Assembly (NCBI GenBank): GCA_963795365.1
Contig: CAWCHW010000034.1
Span: 92,124 to 156,123, forward strand
Reading direction: 5' to 3'
DNA from: an uncultured Alphaproteobacteria bacterium
GTDB lineage: Bacteria; Pseudomonadota; Alphaproteobacteria; Rhizobiales; Xanthobacteraceae
Length of the DNA: 64,000 nucleotides
The notes beneath the pieces are model-generated. The model saw only the letters and a list, made by a program, of their open reading frames with translations. It searched no databases and was not told where the DNA came from. Shown in pieces: positions 20,605 to 31,504 of the stretch; within the stretch, counting starts at the first letter, position 1; each line of letters opens with the position of its first letter. The translations under genes and the position numbers were made by a program.

Positions 20605-21471
20605 TTAAGGCGTCTTCGAATTTTCGTTGCGTATATCGGCCAATTCGCGCGCCATGGCAACAAAGCCGGACACCGGAATGGTTTCGGCACGGCGGGTGGG
20701 ATCGACATGCGCCGCCGCCGCCAGTCGCGCGGGATCGGCGGGCAATGATTTCAGGCTCTGGCGCAGCATTTTGCGGCGCTGGCCGAATGCGGCAGCCGTG
20801 ACCTGCTCCAGCAGCCGTCGCTCGCACGGATCCGGCATCTCGCGCGGGATCAGCCGCACCACCGACGAGGTGACCTTGGGTTGCGGCACGAACGCCGCGG
20901 GCGAGATGTCGAACAGGATCTTGGTCTCGGCACGCCAGTTCGCAAGCACGCCGAGCCTGCCATAGGCTTCGTCGTTCTCGCGCGCGACGATTCGCTCGGC
21001 GACTTCGCGCTGAAACATCAGCACCATCATGTCGTACCAGGGCGGCCACGGCTCGATCGAGAGCCAGCCGATCAGCAGCGGGGTTGCGATGTTGTAGGGC
21101 AGGTTGGCGACGATCCTGGCCTTCCCTGAGCCGAGATAGGGGCGGGGGTCGAAGGTCTGTGCGTCGGCGCAGACGATCTCGAGGCGGCCCGGATACCGCT
21201 TTGCGATCGCTTCCAGCGCGGGAATGGCGCGCGCATCATGCTCGACGGCGATGACGTGCGCCGCGCCCAGCGCCAGCAGCGCGCGGGTCAATCCGCCGGG
21301 ACCCGGGCCGATCTCGATCACTGTCGCGTTGTCCAGCGGTCCCGCGGCACGGGCGATGCGTGCGGTGAGGTTGAGGTCGAGCAGGAAATTCTGGCCCAGC
21401 GATTTGCGCGCGGAGAGCTGGTGCTCGGCAATGACCTCGCGGAGCGGCGGCAGGTCGTCGATCGCGCTCAT
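20605..21471 (-). CDS. rsmA: 16S rRNA m6,2A dimethyltransferase
   Basis: [32 protein letters not shown]. Confidence 0.97.
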   Translation of the reverse strand: MSAIDDLPPLREVIAEHQLSARKSLGQNFLLDLNLTARIARAAGPLDNATVIEIGPGPGGLTRALLALGAAHVIAVEHDARAIPALEAIAKRYPGRLEIVCADAQTFDPRPYLGSGKARIVANLPYNIATPLLIGWLSIEPWPPWYDMMVLMFQREVAERIVARENDEAYGRLGVLANWRAETKILFDISPAAFVPQPKVTSSVVRLIPREMPDPCERRLLEQVTAAAFGQRRKMLRQSLKSLPADPARLAAAAHVDPTRRAETIPVSGFVAMARELADIRNENSKTP

Positions 21472-22508
21472 GATACCTGGGCCGGGACCGTCGTTTCCGC
21501 CATGCGCGCGGCAAGCCGCAGCGCCGCGATCAGGCTTGCCGGATTGGCGCGCCCGGTGCCGGCGATGTCGAAGGCGGTGCCGTGATCGGGCGAGGTGCGA
21601 ATGAAGGGCAATCCGAGCGTGACATTGACGCCCTCGTCGAAAGCGAGCGTCTTGATCGGGATCAGCGCCTGATCGTGATACATGCAGATCGCGCAGTCAT
21701 AGGTCTTGCGTGCCGCCGCGTGGAACATGGTGTCGGCCGGCAGCGGCCCCCTGGCGTCGATGCCTTCACCGCGGAGGATCTCGACCGCAGGCGCGACGAT
21801 CGCCTTGTCTTCGCTGCCGAGCGTGCCGTCTTCACCGGCATGCGGGTTGAGTCCTGACAGCGCGAGCCGAGGGCGGGCGAGACCGAAGCGGCTCCTCAGG
21901 CCTGCGGCCACGATCCGCGCCGTGCTGACGATCAGGTCCGTCGAGAGCTGCGCGATTGCCTCGCGCAAGGCGAGGTGAATCGTCACCGGCACGACCGCAA
22001 GCTCCGGCGACCACAGCATCATGACGGGCTGCGGCGTTTTGCCGTTCGCGGTGGCGAGCTCGGCGAGAAATTCGGTGTGGCCGGGATGCTCGAAGCCCGC
22101 GCGATAGAGCACGCTTTTTGCGATCGGGTTGGTGACAACGGCGCTGGCAAGCCCTGCCCGGACGTCGGCGACGGCGCGGCGGATCGAGGTGATGGCAGCG
22201 TCCGCGCTCGATGTGTCGGGCTTTCCGGGCTCGGCCGTCGCGTGCTTGCCCGTGGCGGCGACCGGCAAGGCCTGCGCAAAGGCGGCGCACGCCTCGGCCG
22301 CGCCAACGTCTACGACGGGTACCTTGAGACCAAGTACGTTGGCGCGTCGGGCAATGAACGGGGCATCGCCAAGCAGATAGAACGGAGGAAGTTTCAATTC
22401 ATCCCGGCGCAGCCAGGCCTCGAGAGCAATATCGGGTCCGATGCCTGCGGGTTCACCCAGCGTCAGTGCGAGCGGTCGATTGCCTGCCTTCCGGGGTTGG
22501 TGCTCCAT
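21468..22508 (-). CDS. pdxA: 4-hydroxythreonine-4-phosphate dehydrogenase
   Basis: [43 protein letters not shown]. Confidence 0.96.
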   Translation of the reverse strand: MEHQPRKAGNRPLALTLGEPAGIGPDIALEAWLRRDELKLPPFYLLGDAPFIARRANVLGLKVPVVDVGAAEACAAFAQALPVAATGKHATAEPGKPDTSSADAAITSIRRAVADVRAGLASAVVTNPIAKSVLYRAGFEHPGHTEFLAELATANGKTPQPVMMLWSPELAVVPVTIHLALREAIAQLSTDLIVSTARIVAAGLRSRFGLARPRLALSGLNPHAGEDGTLGSEDKAIVAPAVEILRGEGIDARGPLPADTMFHAAARKTYDCAICMYHDQALIPIKTLAFDEGVNVTLGLPFIRTSPDHGTAFDIAGTGRANPASLIAALRLAARMAETTVPAQVS

Positions 22509-22542
22509 CGCAGCATCTGCTTTCACAAACCGCAAAAAGTCA

Positions 22543-22709
22543 CAAGTGCCGCCGATCTGAAGTCCCTGACTCACTCGCGGCAAATCGGGTTCAGGGACTT
22601 CAGATCGAAAGCGGCACTAGTATCATGGATTTGCTAGTGCCCATAACTTTCCGAAGTTCGTGAAAGTGTGTGCGGCAATGGATCACGAACTTCGGAAAGT
22701 GGGCACTAG
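22543..22709 (-). repeat. CTAG-bounded double-hairpin intergenic element (reverse-complement copy)
   Basis: cgatctgaagtccctga...tcagggacttcagatcg and actttccgaagttcgtga...tcacgaacttcggaaagt stems, with ctag at hairpin bases; matches 62562-62729. Confidence 0.92.
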
Positions 22710-22719
22710 TGGCCGGCGA

Positions 22720-23724
22720 TCAATTGCGGCGCGGCTTGGGCTTCTTGCCGTCCTCTGCGGTCGAATCTTCGACACTGGTCTGACGGTACTCGATCATCGC
22801 CGCCTTGCGGATTTCCGATAGATAGTTGTTCGACGTCTGCTCGTACTTCTTCGCATACATCTTGTCGCGCATTTCCTTTCGCTTCGGCGAATCGATCGTG
22901 GTCGGCTTGCGCGCGCATAGCGCCACCATCTCGACGCCCTGCCTGGTGACCTCGGGCGGCGTCAGATGGCCGATCGGAGTGTCGTCCAGTACCTTGCGCA
23001 GGTTGGCCGGAATGTCGGCCGAGGTCTTGACCACAAGCTCGCGGATCGCGGCGTTGGGCATCGCCTTGAAGTACTGGTTCGCCTGTTCGCATGTCTCCAC
23101 GCGGGCGCGCAGCGTCTCGGCGTCCTTTTGCCGGAGCTCGATCGCACTTTGGGCCGAGCCCTTCGGCATGAGCAGCACGACCGGCTGCATTCTGTATTCG
23201 AAGGCCTCTCCCTGTTGCTGATTGTCGCCGCCTTCGGCCTTGACGGCGTCGTTCACGTCCTTTTCGCCGACCTGCAGTTTCTCCTTGTAGCGCCCGCGCA
23301 CGAGGCTGGTCCACACCATCTCCGCCTTCATGCGGGCCCTCAGCGTCTCGGCCCTGATGCCCTGTTTCTCCAGCGACTCCGTCAACTGATCCGCGGTGAT
23401 ATGCATGCGCTGGCTCATGCCGGTGTAAGCCTGATCGATGTCGGCGACACCGGGATCGACGCCGAATTTCTTGCCCTCCTTGATCTTCACCTTTTCATCG
23501 ATCAGCTCGCTGATGATCTCCTTGCGATCGGACGGCTTGTGGGTCTGCAGGAAGTTCAGCTTGCTGCGCTGCTCGATGTCGTAGTCGGTGATCGGCTCGC
23601 CATTGACCATGACGGCGACGGTTTGCGCATGCAGCGGCGCGACGCCGAAACACAACAGCAGCGCTGCGACACAACTCGCGACCATGGCCCGAAGGGGACA
23701 GGAGGATGTGGCCGTCGTGATCAT
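22720..23724 (-). CDS. surA: SurA N-terminal domain periplasmic chaperone
   Basis: Signal peptide, VMVNGEPITDYDIEQR, position between lptD and pdxA; start approximate. Confidence 0.88.
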   Translation of the reverse strand: MITTATSSCPLRAMVASCVAALLLCFGVAPLHAQTVAVMVNGEPITDYDIEQRSKLNFLQTHKPSDRKEIISELIDEKVKIKEGKKFGVDPGVADIDQAYTGMSQRMHITADQLTESLEKQGIRAETLRARMKAEMVWTSLVRGRYKEKLQVGEKDVNDAVKAEGGDNQQQGEAFEYRMQPVVLLMPKGSAQSAIELRQKDAETLRARVETCEQANQYFKAMPNAAIRELVVKTSADIPANLRKVLDDTPIGHLTPPEVTRQGVEMVALCARKPTTIDSPKRKEMRDKMYAKKYEQTSNNYLSEIRKAAMIEYRQTSVEDSTAEDGKKPKPRRN

Positions 23725-23792
23725 CTTCGTTATGTCATTCCATCCGGGTTGAAACCTCCGGCCATGCCGGGATTTGTCCATCCTCGCGGGTC

Positions 23793-26288
23793 CTACTGGA
23801 TGCCGGCGCCGCTGCCCGACGAGCTCGTATTGGCGAGCGTGCGCAGGCCGATCTGCAGCATGTAGGCATGGCCCAGCACGGGCGGCGCGGTACCCGCCGA
23901 ATAGCTGTAGGATGTCACGTAGTTGGCAGCCAGCACGAAGCAATCGTCCACATAGCCGGCACCAATGACATATTGATTGAGCTTGTTGGCTTCCAGATCC
24001 CAGCGCGCAGCGCCCGTTGCGACCCAGTTCGCCGCGATCTTGATCGAGCCGTTGGCGAGCAGGCCCTCGCGCCGGGTCAGATAGCCGAGCTCCGGCTGCG
24101 CCGCGTAGTTGCCGTAGGTCAGGCCGATCGACCAGCGATCGAAGTTCGCGCGTGCCTCCGCCTCGAAACGCTGCACGTCCCAGGTCTGCTCGTCGAAGCG
24201 CGACCTGACGCTGAAGGTGTAGGTACGGTTCGGCGAATAATTGACACTGGCGACGTAGTCGGACTTCTGGGTCGCAAGACCGGAATCGACGCCGGTGTTG
24301 TTCATGTCCTGCACGGCAAAGGAGTTCAGGCCGAACAGCTGGTAGGACTGGCCGAACAGCACCTTGACGCTGCCGCCGCGGTCGAACTGCGTGGTTGCCT
24401 GCACGCCGACATTGGCGCGTCCGCCGCCTTCCTCGCGGTCGTAGCCCGAGAATTTGTCGACGCTGAACAGGTTGCTCGCGTCAAACACCAGGCTCTGGGC
24501 GTCCTCGTTCGGAAGCTTGCCGGCGTAGGATTCGTTCGGCCGGATGATCACCTGCGCGATCGGCTCGATGGTCGTCGAGCCCCATGGCTGCACGTTGATG
24601 AAGGGATAGCGGTATTCGAGGCCGATGGTCGGCATCACCCGCAGCGCCGTGGTGTTGCCGGTCGGCAGGAAATTGTTGACGCCGGGCTGGTTGGCCACGT
24701 CGGCGTTGATCGCGTCGATCCGCGCGCTCGCGAACGGCGTCCAGATTTCGCCCGCCGAATCCGTGAACGACTTGCGCCACTGCGCCTCCGCCGTGAAGCG
24801 GGTGTAGGTTCCGGGCATGCCGCGCAGCAGGCACTGCGAGGGAATGCGCGCCATCGGATCGGCGGACGCCGTCGTGCAAAGGCTGTTGGTATTCGCCAGC
24901 GTCGTGATTGGGTCGAACACGGCGTCATTGCGCGTCAGGTTGACGAAATTCGTCTTGTAGGACACCTCGCCGCCGAAGATCGGATAGTTGAAGACGTTCG
25001 AATAATCCATCACCGGGTAGACCACCGGCACTTGCTGCTGATTGCCCGAGAAGCTGAGATAGTAGATCGTGCGCAGGTCGAAATAGCTGCGGTTGCCGAC
25101 GCCGGTCAGGTAGAGCTGCGAGACCGCCTCGGTCGGCAGGCTCAGGAACGAGTTCAAGGGGTCGCGGTATTGCGACAGCCGGTAGTCGGACATGAAGTAG
25201 TAGTCCGACAGCACCACGCCGTCCCAGCCCCAGACCCACTTGTCGTTGATGGCGAACTGGCCCTTGGTCTCGACGCCGCCGCGGAACTGACGATCGCCGG
25301 GCTGGCCGGCGAATGCGCCGGGATCGAGCTGGTCGATGCCGTAGGCACGAATTTGATATGAACCGTTGATCAGGCGCTGGCGGAACTCGGCCTGGAACAG
25401 CACGCCCTGCCGCGAGGTGATGCGCGGCGTGAAGGTTACGTCCATATCCGGGGCGATCGACCAGTAATACGGAACATCCACCGCGAAGCCAAAGGTCGAT
25501 GCTTCGCTGAAGCCCGGCATCAGGAATCCGCTCTTGCGCTTCACCGTCGGGTCGGGCGTCGAGAAGAACGGCATGTAGGCGATCGGCACGCCGAAAAATT
25601 CGAGCTGCGCGGTCTCGAAATACAGCATCTTCTCGTTCTGGTCGTGAATGATGCGGGCGCCCTTGACCTGCCACAGCGGCGGTTTCTTCGGATCGTCCGC
25701 GCAGGGCGCGCAGGCGGTGTAGACGCCGTTCTCGAACACCGTGTAGTTGCCGCTCGACCGATCCGAACGTGTCGCGGCCATCCGCGTCGAGTCCGCCGTG
25801 TCGACGCGCAGCGAATTGACGAAGCCGTCGCGATAATCGTCGCTCAGATCCATGATGTTGGCATAGGTGATCTTGCCGTCGGCATCCGTCATGCGGATGT
25901 TGCCTTCGGCGTGCAGCCGCTTGGTGGTCTGGTCGTAGATGACCTTGTCGGCCTCGACGCTGGTGCCGTTGTAGTAGAGCTGCACGTTGCCGACCGCCGA
26001 CACGCGCTTGTTGTTGTAGTCGTAGTCGACCTCGACCGCCTGCACGAGCATCTGCCCGTCGGTGTTGGCGACCCGCGCCGGATGCGTGGAGGGTGGCCGC
26101 GCATTGTAGGTGAAGCCCTGGGCCGAGGCCGGCGCCGTCATCGCGCATTCGAACGCGCCGGCAAGCAGTGCGCCGAGAAGCAGCGCGAGCAGCGGCCTTG
26201 CGGCGGCAAAACGCGATCCGTCACGGCGCACGACCATGCGCCGCGCCAACGCGGACGACAGCATCTGGAGGGCGGCGACGACAGCCAC
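23793..26288 (-). CDS. lptD: LPS-assembly protein LptD
   Basis: OstA-like N-domain, YTAC..C, PNEDAQS, FSGYDR, GYVDDC; GTG start overlaps lptG stop with GGAGG RBS. Confidence 0.95.
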   Translation of the reverse strand: MAVVAALQMLSSALARRMVVRRDGSRFAAARPLLALLLGALLAGAFECAMTAPASAQGFTYNARPPSTHPARVANTDGQMLVQAVEVDYDYNNKRVSAVGNVQLYYNGTSVEADKVIYDQTTKRLHAEGNIRMTDADGKITYANIMDLSDDYRDGFVNSLRVDTADSTRMAATRSDRSSGNYTVFENGVYTACAPCADDPKKPPLWQVKGARIIHDQNEKMLYFETAQLEFFGVPIAYMPFFSTPDPTVKRKSGFLMPGFSEASTFGFAVDVPYYWSIAPDMDVTFTPRITSRQGVLFQAEFRQRLINGSYQIRAYGIDQLDPGAFAGQPGDRQFRGGVETKGQFAINDKWVWGWDGVVLSDYYFMSDYRLSQYRDPLNSFLSLPTEAVSQLYLTGVGNRSYFDLRTIYYLSFSGNQQQVPVVYPVMDYSNVFNYPIFGGEVSYKTNFVNLTRNDAVFDPITTLANTNSLCTTASADPMARIPSQCLLRGMPGTYTRFTAEAQWRKSFTDSAGEIWTPFASARIDAINADVANQPGVNNFLPTGNTTALRVMPTIGLEYRYPFINVQPWGSTTIEPIAQVIIRPNESYAGKLPNEDAQSLVFDASNLFSVDKFSGYDREEGGGRANVGVQATTQFDRGGSVKVLFGQSYQLFGLNSFAVQDMNNTGVDSGLATQKSDYVASVNYSPNRTYTFSVRSRFDEQTWDVQRFEAEARANFDRWSIGLTYGNYAAQPELGYLTRREGLLANGSIKIAANWVATGAARWDLEANKLNQYVIGAGYVDDCFVLAANYVTSYSYSAGTAPPVLGHAYMLQIGLRTLANTSSSGSGAGIQ

Positions 26289-27385
26289 TACCCGTCCTCC
26301 TGGTACAGCAAGGCCAAGAACCCGGTGAGGCCGCCGACGAGCACGGGCAACCACGCCGCAGCGATCGGATGCATCAACTCGGCCTTGCTCAAATCTTCAG
26401 TTACTTTCGACAGCACGTAGAGCAGAAAGCCCGCGCCCACGCCACTTAAAACCATCTTCTGCACGCCGCCGAATCGGAAGAACCGCAACGACACGGATGC
26501 AGCCAACATCACCATTGCGGCAAGCAAAAACGGCTGTGCCAGAAGCTTGTGGTATTGCAGCCGATAGCCGGCGGTCGCAAAGCCCGAACTTTCGGACGAG
26601 CGGATGTAGGTCGGCAGTTGCCAAAACGACACAGTTTCCGGAGTCGAAAAGCTGTTGCGCACTTGCGCCGGCGTAAGCTCGGTGGCGATCGTGAGCGTCG
26701 GCTGATCCACCGGCGGCGCGTCGAGCGAGAATCGCCGCACATCGCGGAACAGCCAGCGCCCTTCGTCGAGCGTTGCCTCGCGCGCCTCGATGCGTTCCTT
26801 GAATCGATAGTTCGTATCAAACCGGAACAGCGTCAATCCGGTCAGTCGCACGCCCTGCTTCTCGCTGCGCGCGGCGTTCATGATCATCTGGCCGTCGCTG
26901 TTGGCCTGGTTGATCCAGAAACCGGCGGCGTCCTGGATTCCGCCACCGGCCGCGCCGCCGAACAGCTCCGCCTCCATGCGCTTGGAGAGCTCGCGCAGAT
27001 TGGCCGACATCGGATTGTAGCCGACGGTCGCGAGCACGCCGAGCAGGATGGCGCTCACCAGCGCAGGCGCCATGAACTGCCAGGCCGAGACGCCGGCGGC
27101 GCGCGCCACCACGAGTTCGAGCCGCCGCGACAGCGCGAGATAGCAGGTCATCGCGCCGATCAGCACGCAGAACGGCATCATTTTTTCGAGCAGCTGCGGC
27201 ACGCGGAACAGCGAGGTTTCCGCCACCATGATCGGCGAGGCGGCGGCAAGGCCGGAGGTCTTGCGCACCATTTCGATGTAGTCGACCAGCACGAGCAGGA
27301 CGAAGATGCTGGCGAATACGCCGAGCGCCGAGACCACGAAGCGGCCGGCGAAATAGCGTCCAAGCGTATTGTTGACCATGCTCAT
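26288..27385 (-). CDS. lptG: LPS export permease LptG
   Basis: TLGRYF, LSRRLELVVARAAGVS, AAAWLP; YjgP/Q family. Confidence 0.93.
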   Translation of the reverse strand: MSMVNNTLGRYFAGRFVVSALGVFASIFVLLVLVDYIEMVRKTSGLAAASPIMVAETSLFRVPQLLEKMMPFCVLIGAMTCYLALSRRLELVVARAAGVSAWQFMAPALVSAILLGVLATVGYNPMSANLRELSKRMEAELFGGAAGGGIQDAAGFWINQANSDGQMIMNAARSEKQGVRLTGLTLFRFDTNYRFKERIEAREATLDEGRWLFRDVRRFSLDAPPVDQPTLTIATELTPAQVRNSFSTPETVSFWQLPTYIRSSESSGFATAGYRLQYHKLLAQPFLLAAMVMLAASVSLRFFRFGGVQKMVLSGVGAGFLLYVLSKVTEDLSKAELMHPIAAAWLPVLVGGLTGFLALLYQEDG

Positions 27386-28548
27386 GCGGTGGCCGGCCTT
27401 CCGAACAGCCGCTGCATGCGGGCAAGCGACTTGTTGACCGTCTCGAGCACGGAGGCGGGCGGCTCGATCACCAACCCGTAGACGATGATCCAGAGGCCGA
27501 TGCCGATAGCGGCCAGCGTCAGCCCGTACTGGATGACCGCGGCCATCGGCGTTTTCACCGTCAACACCGAGCAGGCAAATCCGGCCATGCGCAGGCCGAA
27601 CACCGCGAAGATCGAGCCGCCGATCGAGAAGTTGCGGCTCTGGCGCGTGGTGCGCGGCGCGCCGAGGAAAGCGAAGGTGAGGGCGGCAAATGCGAACGGA
27701 TAGATCGGCGACAGGAAGCGGTCGTGCAATTCGGCGCGGAACTGGCCCGGCAGCGCCTTGTACACGGGATCATCCGGGCTGGGCCACAACAGCTCCCAGA
27801 TGTAGCGCTCGCGGATGCCGAGCGAGACATCGCCATGTTGCGAGAATTTCGACATGTCGAAGGCGTAGCGGCCGAATGCGACCAACGCCGGGTCGCGCTT
27901 GCCGACCTCGAAGCGCTGCAGATTGCCGTCCTCGAGCACCAGGAACGAGCCGTCGCCGCTCTTCACCACGGTGCCGTGGTCGGCGACGATGCTGACGCGC
28001 TCCTTGGGATCGCGCCGGTCGTCGATGAAGATGCCGACCAGCAGTCCACCGGGCTGACGCTCGCGGATGCGGATCGTGAGATTCTGGTCGAGCTGGGCGA
28101 AGCGGCCGGGCTGCAGAATGTTGGTCAACACGTCGGCGGTGATCTCGGCATCCCATTGCTTGATCCGCCGCATGCCGTCAGGCGCGAGATAGGCTGCGAT
28201 GAAAGCGACCAGAATCGCCACCACGACCGTGGCGTAGGCGAAGGGGCGGAACAGGCGGATCGGCGAGAAGCCGGCGGCGTTCATCACGATGATTTCGGAA
28301 TCGGTCGCGAGCTTGTTCAGCGTGTGCGAGATCGCAATCATCAGCGCGATCGGTGCGATGATCAGCACCAGCGCCGGAATGACGAGGCTGGTGAGGCCGA
28401 GGAAGGTGACGATGGTCTGACCCTGGCTCGTCATCAGGTCGATGCCGCGCAACGCCTGCGTTATCCAGATCACGCCGGTGAGGCTGACCAGGACAAGCGC
28501 AAACGACGCGAGCGTCGTGCGGAAAATATACTTGTCGATCGACCCCAT
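27382..28548 (-). CDS. lptF: LPS export permease LptF
   Basis: MGSIDKYIFR, DSEIIVMNAAGFS, PGRF, ELHDRF. Confidence 0.93.
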   Translation of the reverse strand: MGSIDKYIFRTTLASFALVLVSLTGVIWITQALRGIDLMTSQGQTIVTFLGLTSLVIPALVLIIAPIALMIAISHTLNKLATDSEIIVMNAAGFSPIRLFRPFAYATVVVAILVAFIAAYLAPDGMRRIKQWDAEITADVLTNILQPGRFAQLDQNLTIRIRERQPGGLLVGIFIDDRRDPKERVSIVADHGTVVKSGDGSFLVLEDGNLQRFEVGKRDPALVAFGRYAFDMSKFSQHGDVSLGIRERYIWELLWPSPDDPVYKALPGQFRAELHDRFLSPIYPFAFAALTFAFLGAPRTTRQSRNFSIGGSIFAVFGLRMAGFACSVLTVKTPMAAVIQYGLTLAAIGIGLWIIVYGLVIEPPASVLETVNKSLARMQRLFGRPATA

Positions 28549-28891
28549 CGTTCCCGTACGATCCCGCCCTGCCACGGCCGAACCGCGGATCGCAACCAAA
28601 CCCCTTGCAAAAGAAGGGGTCCCCATTGGTTACGCCGCGCCTGTCTGAACGGCTTATTTTCTCACTACCATCCCTTTGATCCGTCAACAAAATGGCTGCC
28701 CCGTGGCGGGGTGAAGATATGGTAAATTTTTCCCGTCTTGTGGCGGGTGGGCCACGCGGACGCTTGGCATCCCGGCAAAGGGCAGGTCATAGTGGGCCAA
28801 AGAGGGCTTTCTTGATCCGCGACAGGCGGGCGAGAGGTTCGCAACAGGCCCGGTCTTCCCAGCGTAACATCCTGACTTTGGAGGTTTATTC

Positions 28892-30385
28892 ATGTCCGAC
28901 GCCGTCAAGGTCGGCTTTGTCCCGTTATCCACGGTCGCCCGCGGCGTTCTGGTGGTGTTTTGCGATGGCGAGCTGAAATTTGGGCCGGCGACCCGGAAGG
29001 CGCTCGGCAAGGCCGTCGACCTGGTGAAGCGCGCGGCGGCGGCGAGCGAGTTCAAGGGAAAGAATGGTTCCACGCTCGATCTTTTGGAACCGGAAGGAAT
29101 CGAAATTCAGCGCTTGCTCGTGGTGGGCACCGGCAAGCCTTCCGAGCTGAAGGAGCGCGATTTTCTCAAGCTGGGCGGGGTCGTCGCCGGCAAGCTGAAC
29201 GCAGCCAGCAATCATGTGACCGTCATGGCCGAGCACGCCGGCGGTCCCATGAAACCCGGCCAGGCCGCCGGAGTGGCGACCGGCCTGCGGCTGCGCGCCT
29301 ACAAATTCGATCGCTACAAGACGAAGAAAAAGGACGAAAGCGCCGCACTCAGCGCCCAGGTGTCGATTGCCGTGGACGATACCGGCAAGACCAACCGGGC
29401 ATTTGCGGCGGACGCGCATGTCGCCGACGGCGTCGAGATGGCGCGCGATCTCGTCAACGAACCGCCGAACGTGCTGTTTCCGGAGGAGTTCGCGCGGCGT
29501 GCGAGCGCGTTGAGCAAGCTCGGCGTCGAGGTCGAGGTGCTCGACGTCAAGGCAATGACCAAGCTCGGAATGGGCGCGTTGCTCGGCGTCGGACAAGGTT
29601 CGGCGCGGCCGAGCCGCACGGTGATCATGCGCTGGAACGGCGGCAGGAAAAGCGACGCGCCGGTCGCTTTCATCGGCAAGGGCGTCTGCTTCGATACCGG
29701 CGGCATCTCGATCAAGGGCGCCGGCAGCATGGAGGACATGAAGGGCGACATGGGAGGTGCTGCCTGCGTCGTCGGATTGATGCATGCGCTCGCTGCGCGC
29801 AAAGCGAAGGTGAATGCGGTCGGCGCCATCGGCCTGGTCGAGAACATGCCCGACGGCAACGCGCAGCGTCCCGGCGATATCGTCACCTCGATGTCGGGCC
29901 AGACCATCGAGATCATCAACACTGATGCCGAGGGCCGCCTGGTGCTCGCCGATGTGCTGTGGCACGTCGGCCGGAAGTTCAAGCCGAAATTCATGATCGA
30001 TCTCGCGACGCTGACCGGCGCGATCATGGTTGCGCTCGGCACCGAGCATGCGGGTCTGTTCTCCAACAATGACGATCTGGCGAACCGCCTGATCAAGGCG
30101 GGAATCGAGACCGGCGAAAAAGTCTGGCGCATGCCGCTCGGGCCCGAATACGACAAGCTGATCGACTCGCAATTTGCCGACATGAAGAACACCGGCGGCC
30201 GGCACGGCGGCTCGATCACTGCGGCGCAATTCCTGCAGCGCTTCGTCGACAACACCCCGTGGGCGCATCTCGACATTGCGGGAACGGCCATGGGCGCGCC
30301 GAAGACGGAAATCAACCAGAGCTGGGGTTCGGGTTACGGCGTGCGCCTGCTCGATCGCCTGGTCGCGGATCACTACGAGCGATGA
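28892..30385 (+). CDS. pepA: Leucyl aminopeptidase (M17)
   Basis: [37 protein letters not shown]. Confidence 0.97.
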   Translation: MSDAVKVGFVPLSTVARGVLVVFCDGELKFGPATRKALGKAVDLVKRAAAASEFKGKNGSTLDLLEPEGIEIQRLLVVGTGKPSELKERDFLKLGGVVAGKLNAASNHVTVMAEHAGGPMKPGQAAGVATGLRLRAYKFDRYKTKKKDESAALSAQVSIAVDDTGKTNRAFAADAHVADGVEMARDLVNEPPNVLFPEEFARRASALSKLGVEVEVLDVKAMTKLGMGALLGVGQGSARPSRTVIMRWNGGRKSDAPVAFIGKGVCFDTGGISIKGAGSMEDMKGDMGGAACVVGLMHALAARKAKVNAVGAIGLVENMPDGNAQRPGDIVTSMSGQTIEIINTDAEGRLVLADVLWHVGRKFKPKFMIDLATLTGAIMVALGTEHAGLFSNNDDLANRLIKAGIETGEKVWRMPLGPEYDKLIDSQFADMKNTGGRHGGSITAAQFLQRFVDNTPWAHLDIAGTAMGAPKTEINQSWGSGYGVRLLDRLVADHYER

Positions 30386-30834
30386 CCGAGGTCTTGTTCT
30401 ACCATTTGCAGAACATGTCGGTGGAGAACGTGCTGCCGCCGCTGCTCGAGAAGTCGCTCGAGCGCGGCTGGCGCGTGGTGGTGCAGGCGACCTCGCCGGA
30501 GCGCGCCGACGCGCTGGATGCGCATCTTTGGACCTATCGCGACAATTCCTTTTTGCCGCACGCGACGTGGCGGGCCGGTGATGCGCAGGACCAGCCGATC
30601 ATCCTGGCGGTGGAGGAGGGCAATCCGAACAGCGCCAACGTCCGCTTCCTGATCGACAGCGCCGTGCTGCCGCAGGACTCGGCGTCCTACGAGCGCATGG
30701 TGCTGCTGTTCAACGGCGATGACGCGGACGCGCTGTCGGCGGCGCGTGCCGCCTGGACGGATTGCAAATCCCGCGGCTTCGATGTCACTTATTGGCAGGC
30801 CGACGAAATGGGGCGCTGGCGCCGCCGCGATTAG
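30382..30834 (+). CDS. holC: DNA polymerase III chi subunit
   Basis: [33 protein letters not shown]; ATGA overlap with pepA. Confidence 0.93.
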   Translation: MTEVLFYHLQNMSVENVLPPLLEKSLERGWRVVVQATSPERADALDAHLWTYRDNSFLPHATWRAGDAQDQPIILAVEEGNPNSANVRFLIDSAVLPQDSASYERMVLLFNGDDADALSAARAAWTDCKSRGFDVTYWQADEMGRWRRRD

Positions 30835-30958
30835 CGGCGGCACCCAATTAATGATATTCTGCGGTAATTGCCTTTGGTGCTTTCATCAGCCACGCTGGTG
30901 CCGCAAAGTGATGGTCGGACAACCCCTTAAGGGGAAGGGGCGGGGAACTCAGGTCATT

Positions 30959-31501
30959 GTGAGACACGACAGGGGACATCACAGACTGCTTTTGACGCTG
31001 CTCGCGCTCGCGCCGCTGGTCGCGGGCTGCCAGAATGCGTCCGACCTCATGTCGAAAGACGCCGAATGGTTTTCGCGTTCGGGGCGGCTGTTCATCCGCA
31101 ACGTCTCGATCGACGCGCCGCCGCTGACACCCGACCAACCCCTTCGTCCCGACGATCTCGTCAGCGCTGACGGCGCCTGTCCGGGCATGGCGCCGCCGGG
31201 CGCCGGCGCGCAAGCTCTCGCTGACAACGCTGCCGGCGCGCCGCCGGTCCCGGGCGGCACGGTGGCGCTCGGCCATACCGAATGCGACGTGGTGCGCGGC
31301 ATCGGCGCACCCGACAGCGTCAATCTTTCCAACGGCCCGGGCGGCGGGCGCCTCGCCGTCGTAACCTGGTCGCGCGGTCCGCGCGCCGGCATCTACACTT
31401 TCACCGGCGGACGGCTGTCCTCGATCGAGCGCGGGCCCGAGCCGGTCGCGCCGCCGAAAGTGGCGAAAAAGCCGCCGAAGAAGAAACCCGCCGCGACCTG
31501 A
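30959..31501 (+). CDS. Putative lipoprotein
   Basis: Hydrophobic leader ending in lipobox VAGC; LGHTECDVVRGIGAP motif; basic tail; start uncertain. Confidence 0.7.
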   Translation: MRHDRGHHRLLLTLLALAPLVAGCQNASDLMSKDAEWFSRSGRLFIRNVSIDAPPLTPDQPLRPDDLVSADGACPGMAPPGAGAQALADNAAGAPPVPGGTVALGHTECDVVRGIGAPDSVNLSNGPGGGRLAVVTWSRGPRAGIYTFTGGRLSSIERGPEPVAPPKVAKKPPKKKPAAT

Positions 31502-31504
31502 TCC

